Source: a virus
Reading direction: 5' to 3' (one strand)
Length of the DNA stretch: 17,781 nucleotides
Virus record (IMG/VR): IMGVR_UViG_3300045988_022071
Shown piece after piece: positions 15,081 through 17,781 of this stretch. Position numbers and translations under genes: made by a program. Below the pieces are notes generated by a model, which searched no databases, had not been told where the DNA came from, and was given only the letters and a program-made list of their open reading frames with translations. How positions within the stretch are numbered: the first letter of the stretch is position 1; every line of letters starts with the position of its first letter.

Positions 15081-15143
15081 AGTCTGGCGGCAACATCCCC
15101 TATAGGGACATTACCATATTATCAAATAGTGTGGACATTCACG

Positions 15144-15581
15144 TTACTTGCGCTTGTTCTCGGACACCAATTCGAGGTCGAAGAACTTATAGCCGCGGCG
15201 GCTCTTCTTTTCCACCACCTTAAGGGCGAGGGGCGCGGTCCACGTGTCCGGCGTACCGAAAATGGCGAACAGATTGCCAAAAGCGTGCGCCAGCGCGGGT
15301 GAGGCGGCGGCGAAGTCACCCTCTTCTGCGTGAATGACGACGCGGGTAGAAGAGTTAATTTCGCCGGTTTCCTGATTAGCGACCTCGATGGCCTGTGCAA
15401 GCACGTTGGTGACGTGCAATGGTTCATTAAGGTGTTCGTCAACCTTGTCGGCGGTCTGCATGGCGTTGTACAGCGCCATCTTACCGTCCATGGTAGTGGT
15501 GTCGAAGAAGTGGGATACGGCGTTAGTGCCGTTCGCAGAAAAGTTGTTGCCGTTTACTACAGTCAGTTCGTTGTCAGCCAT
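15144..15581 (-). CDS. Putative phage single-stranded DNA-binding protein (lactococcal-phage SSB-like family; phi29 gp5 analogue by position)
   Basis: 145 aa. The pattern 'L.NA...D..L.....V.........ETGE....R.V....EG.....S......I..IFG.P..W..P..LKV.....RG..F..LELV' matches my recollection of the Phage_SSB family. RBS GAAAGG. The gene lies upstream of the terminal protein and polymerase. Confidence 0.5.
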   Translation of the reverse strand: MADNELTVVNGNNFSANGTNAVSHFFDTTTMDGKMALYNAMQTADKVDEHLNEPLHVTNVLAQAIEVANQETGEINSSTRVVIHAEEGDFAAASPALAHAFGNLFAIFGTPDTWTAPLALKVVEKKSRRGYKFFDLELVSENKRK

Positions 15582-15617
15582 GATTATTACCTTTCCATAT
15601 AGGGGTTATTACTTATT

Positions 15618-15923
15618 TTACTCAGAGATGACATCATCTTCAACTACGTTGCCGTTCACCGGCCCCGGATAGTCGACAATGGTATCATCTCCAAACTCAC
15701 AATTAGCCCAATAGATTGCCTCACCCATGCGCGTCTCCTGCGCATGATATTCAGCGGACATGGGCAGCATGTCCTTGTTAATCTTACGGGCCTTCTTCAT
15801 TGCCATGTCAGCCGTACGGCACGCGCCATCTACGACCACTTCGGCGTCAATAAGTTCACCGTTTTCGCCGCGCGTGACGCCATGCACGATACTGTAATGC
15901 TTTGCTCGCTTAATGTATGCCAT
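15618..15923 (-). CDS. Hypothetical early protein; possible phi29 p6-like dsDNA-binding protein by size and synteny
   Basis: 101 aa, RBS AGGTGG. The C-terminal tail is acidic ('VVEDDVISE') and the centre is basic ('MAMKKARKINK'). It occupies the gene-6 position in the order 6-5-(4)-3-2. Confidence 0.3.
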   Translation of the reverse strand: MAYIKRAKHYSIVHGVTRGENGELIDAEVVVDGACRTADMAMKKARKINKDMLPMSAEYHAQETRMGEAIYWANCEFGDDTIVDYPGPVNGNVVEDDVISE

Positions 15924-15946
15924 AATTATACCACCTTATTGTAATG

Positions 15947-16474
15947 TTACTGCTGTTGTGACATTCTTGCGATGTCTGTATCAGTATACCGCGATTCGGT
16001 TAAGTTGTCAAAACAGCGACACGCGATTTTGACGATTGTCTGAGCGAATTCAATGCCATCCCAGACTTTGCACATCTCATAGCATGACGCGCCCTTGACG
16101 TGGCAGACCGCACACCACGCCACCAACGCCGGGGCATAGATGACACCGCCCAGCATCTCAATGTCCTGAGTTCGCGCTAACGCGCCAATACGGGACGTAT
16201 GCGGGGACAACGACAGGCAAACGTCTGCCGCATGTTCGAGGCTGTCAGCAAATGCCACCTGCGCCCCTTGAGGCTCATAAAAGTCCTTGAGCAGTGCTAT
16301 ACTACGGCATAATGTCTCCCAATCGCCCTCACTTCGATTGTATTCGCGCAAGTGCAGATTACGGCGACGGCCACGAATGACACGACGCACACGGTCATCA
16401 TTAAGCACGTCGTCATCAAACCAGTTCGTACGTTTTTCGCTGTTATCAAAATTCAAATTCTTCGAACTCATCAT
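15947..16474 (-). CDS. Hypothetical early protein (175 aa, Cys-rich C-terminal half)
   Basis: Intact ORF with RBS GGAG 5 nt upstream and a TAATG overlap with the upstream gene. I recognise no motif. Confidence 0.6.
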   Translation of the reverse strand: MMSSKNLNFDNSEKRTNWFDDDVLNDDRVRRVIRGRRRNLHLREYNRSEGDWETLCRSIALLKDFYEPQGAQVAFADSLEHAADVCLSLSPHTSRIGALARTQDIEMLGGVIYAPALVAWCAVCHVKGASCYEMCKVWDGIEFAQTIVKIACRCFDNLTESRYTDTDIARMSQQQ

Positions 16475-16677
16475 TAAAACTCCAACATATCTCCAACACT
16501 ATTATAGCCGTCCATCCACATCACCCTCCACAGATAACCGCTCGGGCAACGTTTTGGCGGACTATAAGAACCATGCTTGCCCTTCACGCCCGCACGAAAC
16601 GCGCGTAAACGCCAATAACCATCAGCATCAGGACAATCGCCACACGTCCATGAATGAATCCACCCACGAAAATACAC
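16474..16677 (-). CDS. Hypothetical small early protein (67 aa, Trp-rich, one CxxC)
   Basis: A GTG start at 16677 is preceded by AGGGA and follows the upstream TAG by 1 nt. The track's longer 96-aa version overlaps the upstream gene. T-ending codon bias matches the neighbouring early genes. Confidence 0.45.
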   Translation of the reverse strand: MYFRGWIHSWTCGDCPDADGYWRLRAFRAGVKGKHGSYSPPKRCPSGYLWRVMWMDGYNSVGDMLEF

Positions 16678-16678
16678 G

Positions 16679-16924
16679 CTAATCCCTATCCAAGAGTGGC
16701 GTACGGGCAATGTCGATAGCATCCAGCATAAGACCAGCAACTTGAGAACTATCAGCCGCGTCATATGCGCACGCCGCCATGCAGTTATTAGAACCAGCTA
16801 AAGTACAGAGCCTAACAGTATATCGAAGCTCATACCGATGATCGAGAGGACAATACCACAGACGCACACCACCGCCTGCAAACGGCGACGTAAACACGGC
16901 AACCTTCATATCACGCATACACAT
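16679..16924 (-). CDS. Hypothetical small early protein (81 aa)
   Basis: The ATG at 16924 is preceded by GAAAGGA about 8 nt upstream. The track ORF's upstream extension (to 16993) is Cys/Phe-rich and lacks an RBS. Confidence 0.5.
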   Translation of the reverse strand: MCMRDMKVAVFTSPFAGGGVRLWYCPLDHRYELRYTVRLCTLAGSNNCMAACAYDAADSSQVAGLMLDAIDIARTPLLDRD

Positions 16925-17011
16925 GTTCAGAATCCTTTCACTACTAAAACCAATACAAAAGCCACACATACACCAAGCACATCCAAAAAACAATAAAGTT
17001 TATAAGTAACA

Positions 17012-17242
17012 TTATACCAGCACCACCCTTACCATGCCAATCATAGCATTATCCGTATCGAATGTTGCGTTATCAATATCCACGCTCACATCCATACCAG
17101 AATAGGCGGCACGAACGTGGGATAATACACCATCCAGCGACGCCTTCAGCGACGTCGCATGAAACATGCAACTAGGTTTCACACAGTCAGGCAAAATCTC
17201 AAACACCTGAAAACCATCATCAGTAATAATAAAAAACCACAT
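17012..17242 (-). CDS. Hypothetical small early protein (76 aa, acidic)
   Basis: The ATG at 17242 lies 1 nt after the upstream TGA, with GGAGGGG about 9 nt upstream. The track's longer 164-aa version is a hydrophobic out-of-frame overlap with the upstream gene. Confidence 0.55.
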   Translation of the reverse strand: MWFFIITDDGFQVFEILPDCVKPSCMFHATSLKASLDGVLSHVRAAYSGMDVSVDIDNATFDTDNAMIGMVRVVLV

Positions 17243-17243
17243 A

Positions 17244-17600
17244 TCAGCATTCCCCTCCAAGTTCGACCAAGTCGTATCTGTCACCCTTAACCGCATCAAA
17301 CCGGCCGAGCTTAAGACCATAATCCGCAAGATACTCATTAGCAGAAGCCTCCCAATCAAGACCACAAACGGCTCCGCAAATACCAGTAACCCTCTCAGCA
17401 TCAACATCATGAAATAAATCATAATCATCGCCAACACAAGGGTCAAAATACCAAGAATAATCACCAGTCTGTTGCCATGCGCCCCAACCAGTAATATCGT
17501 CAGCAAATATCAACGACGTCCAACCATCGTCACCTATAACAGCAACCAAGTTAGCCGGTATTTCTCTACCGGAGTGAACGTCAAACCCTATTATATTCAT
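17244..17600 (-). CDS. First gene downstream of the right end: strongly acidic 118-aa protein of unknown function
   Basis: The ATG at 17600 has RBS AAGGAG 8 nt upstream. The track ORF's N-terminal extension into the ITR is a translation artefact. Hand count gives 17 Asp + 6 Glu against 4 Arg + 2 Lys. Confidence 0.7.
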   Translation of the reverse strand: MNIIGFDVHSGREIPANLVAVIGDDGWTSLIFADDITGWGAWQQTGDYSWYFDPCVGDDYDLFHDVDAERVTGICGAVCGLDWEASANEYLADYGLKLGRFDAVKGDRYDLVELGGEC

Positions 17601-17635
17601 TTTTATTGCTCCTTTCCCTTGAACTTGATAATTAC

Positions 17636-17644
17636 AGTATAGCA
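17636..17644 (-). promoter_or_regulatory. Candidate extended -10 early promoter (TGcTATACT) straddling the right ITR boundary
   Basis: The minus strand reads ...GGTTGTGCTATACTGTAATT..., with TG at 17644-17643 and TATACT at 17641-17636, about 36 nt upstream of the first ATG. No convincing -35 box is present. The first three bases of the hexamer come from the ITR. Confidence 0.35.
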
Positions 17645-17781
17645 CAACCAAAAACACGACACGCCAAGACAACAAAAAAACAAAAAAAACCACGCGCCCA
17701 AAACACGAGACAAAACAACACAAAAAACCAGCAATAAAAAAGACGAAAACAAAACAGAAAACAACAAGACAAAGAAGCAAA
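17639..17781. repeat. Right inverted terminal repeat (ITR), 143 nt
   Basis: Reverse complement of the left ITR, with one extra A in the A8 run at 17682-17689. It diverges from the left end at 17638. Confidence 0.95.

Noticed and set aside
15925-15933. Perfect extended -10 sequence TGGTATAAT on the minus strand
   Set aside because: It ends 1 nt before the ATG of gene 15618-15923 and overlaps that gene's RBS. A transcript from it would start inside the coding sequence. It is most likely a chance match in AT-rich RBS context.
16678-16764. N-terminal 29 aa of the 96-aa ORF 16474-16764
   Set aside because: It overlaps the upstream gene by 86 nt in another frame. The GTG at 16677 with an AGGGA RBS, just after the upstream stop, is the more economical model.
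17243-17506. Hydrophobic N-terminal part of the 164-aa ORF 17012-17506 (looks like a multi-TM protein)
   Set aside because: It lies entirely within gene 17244-17600 in another frame. The apparent membrane helices arise from T-rich codon positions. The ATG at 17242 has its own RBS and is coupled to the upstream stop.
1-17781. Alternative identities for an ITR-bounded element with a protein-primed polymerase: transposon or IS, casposon or polinton-like element, or linear plasmid
   Set aside because: There is no transposase, integrase or Cas1. There is a full phi29-type capsid, connector, tail, packaging and lysis gene set. A virion genome is by far the best explanation.
1-17781. Search for tRNA, rRNA, CRISPR arrays, integrase or repressor (lysogeny) genes
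   Set aside because: I saw no cloverleaf-like or repeat-spacer structures, and no integrase or repressor-like ORF. The genome looks strictly lytic. This absence is based on visual inspection only.

Overview
The window looks like a complete 17.8-kb linear dsDNA genome of a phi29-like (Picovirinae/Salasmaviridae-type) podophage. Both ends carry a 142/143-bp inverted terminal repeat (ITR). It encodes a protein-primed family-B DNA polymerase next to a candidate terminal protein. Every supportable gene (about 24) lies on the minus strand, so transcription runs from the right end to the left end. In order: small early genes of unknown function with lower GC and T-ending codons (17600-15947); a replication module (p6-sized protein, SSB-like, terminal protein, DNA polymerase); a 180-nt structured non-coding gap; then scaffold, major capsid with Ig-like domains, tail knob, connector, lower collar, fibre-region genes, an SGNH-esterase tail fibre, a gp13-like two-domain wall hydrolase, a gp16-like packaging ATPase, holin and CHAP endolysin. 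A clear intrinsic terminator sits just inside the left ITR. All homology calls come from reading the translations against remembered phi29 sequences and motifs, with no database search. The high GC of the late genes and the C-terminal motifs of the endolysin suggest a high-GC Gram-positive (actinobacterial) host, but this is inference only. Points most worth follow-up:
- a DNA polymerase with an apparently degenerate and shortened exonuclease domain
- no obvious packaging RNA (pRNA) despite phi29-type motor proteins, with a structured 180-nt gap as the best candidate
- an extremely A-depleted ITR strand starting 5'-TTT
- a strongly acidic protein from the first gene downstream of the right end
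- a frame break at a G4 run in the fibre region
- a roughly two-fold expanded pore-forming loop region in the tail knob
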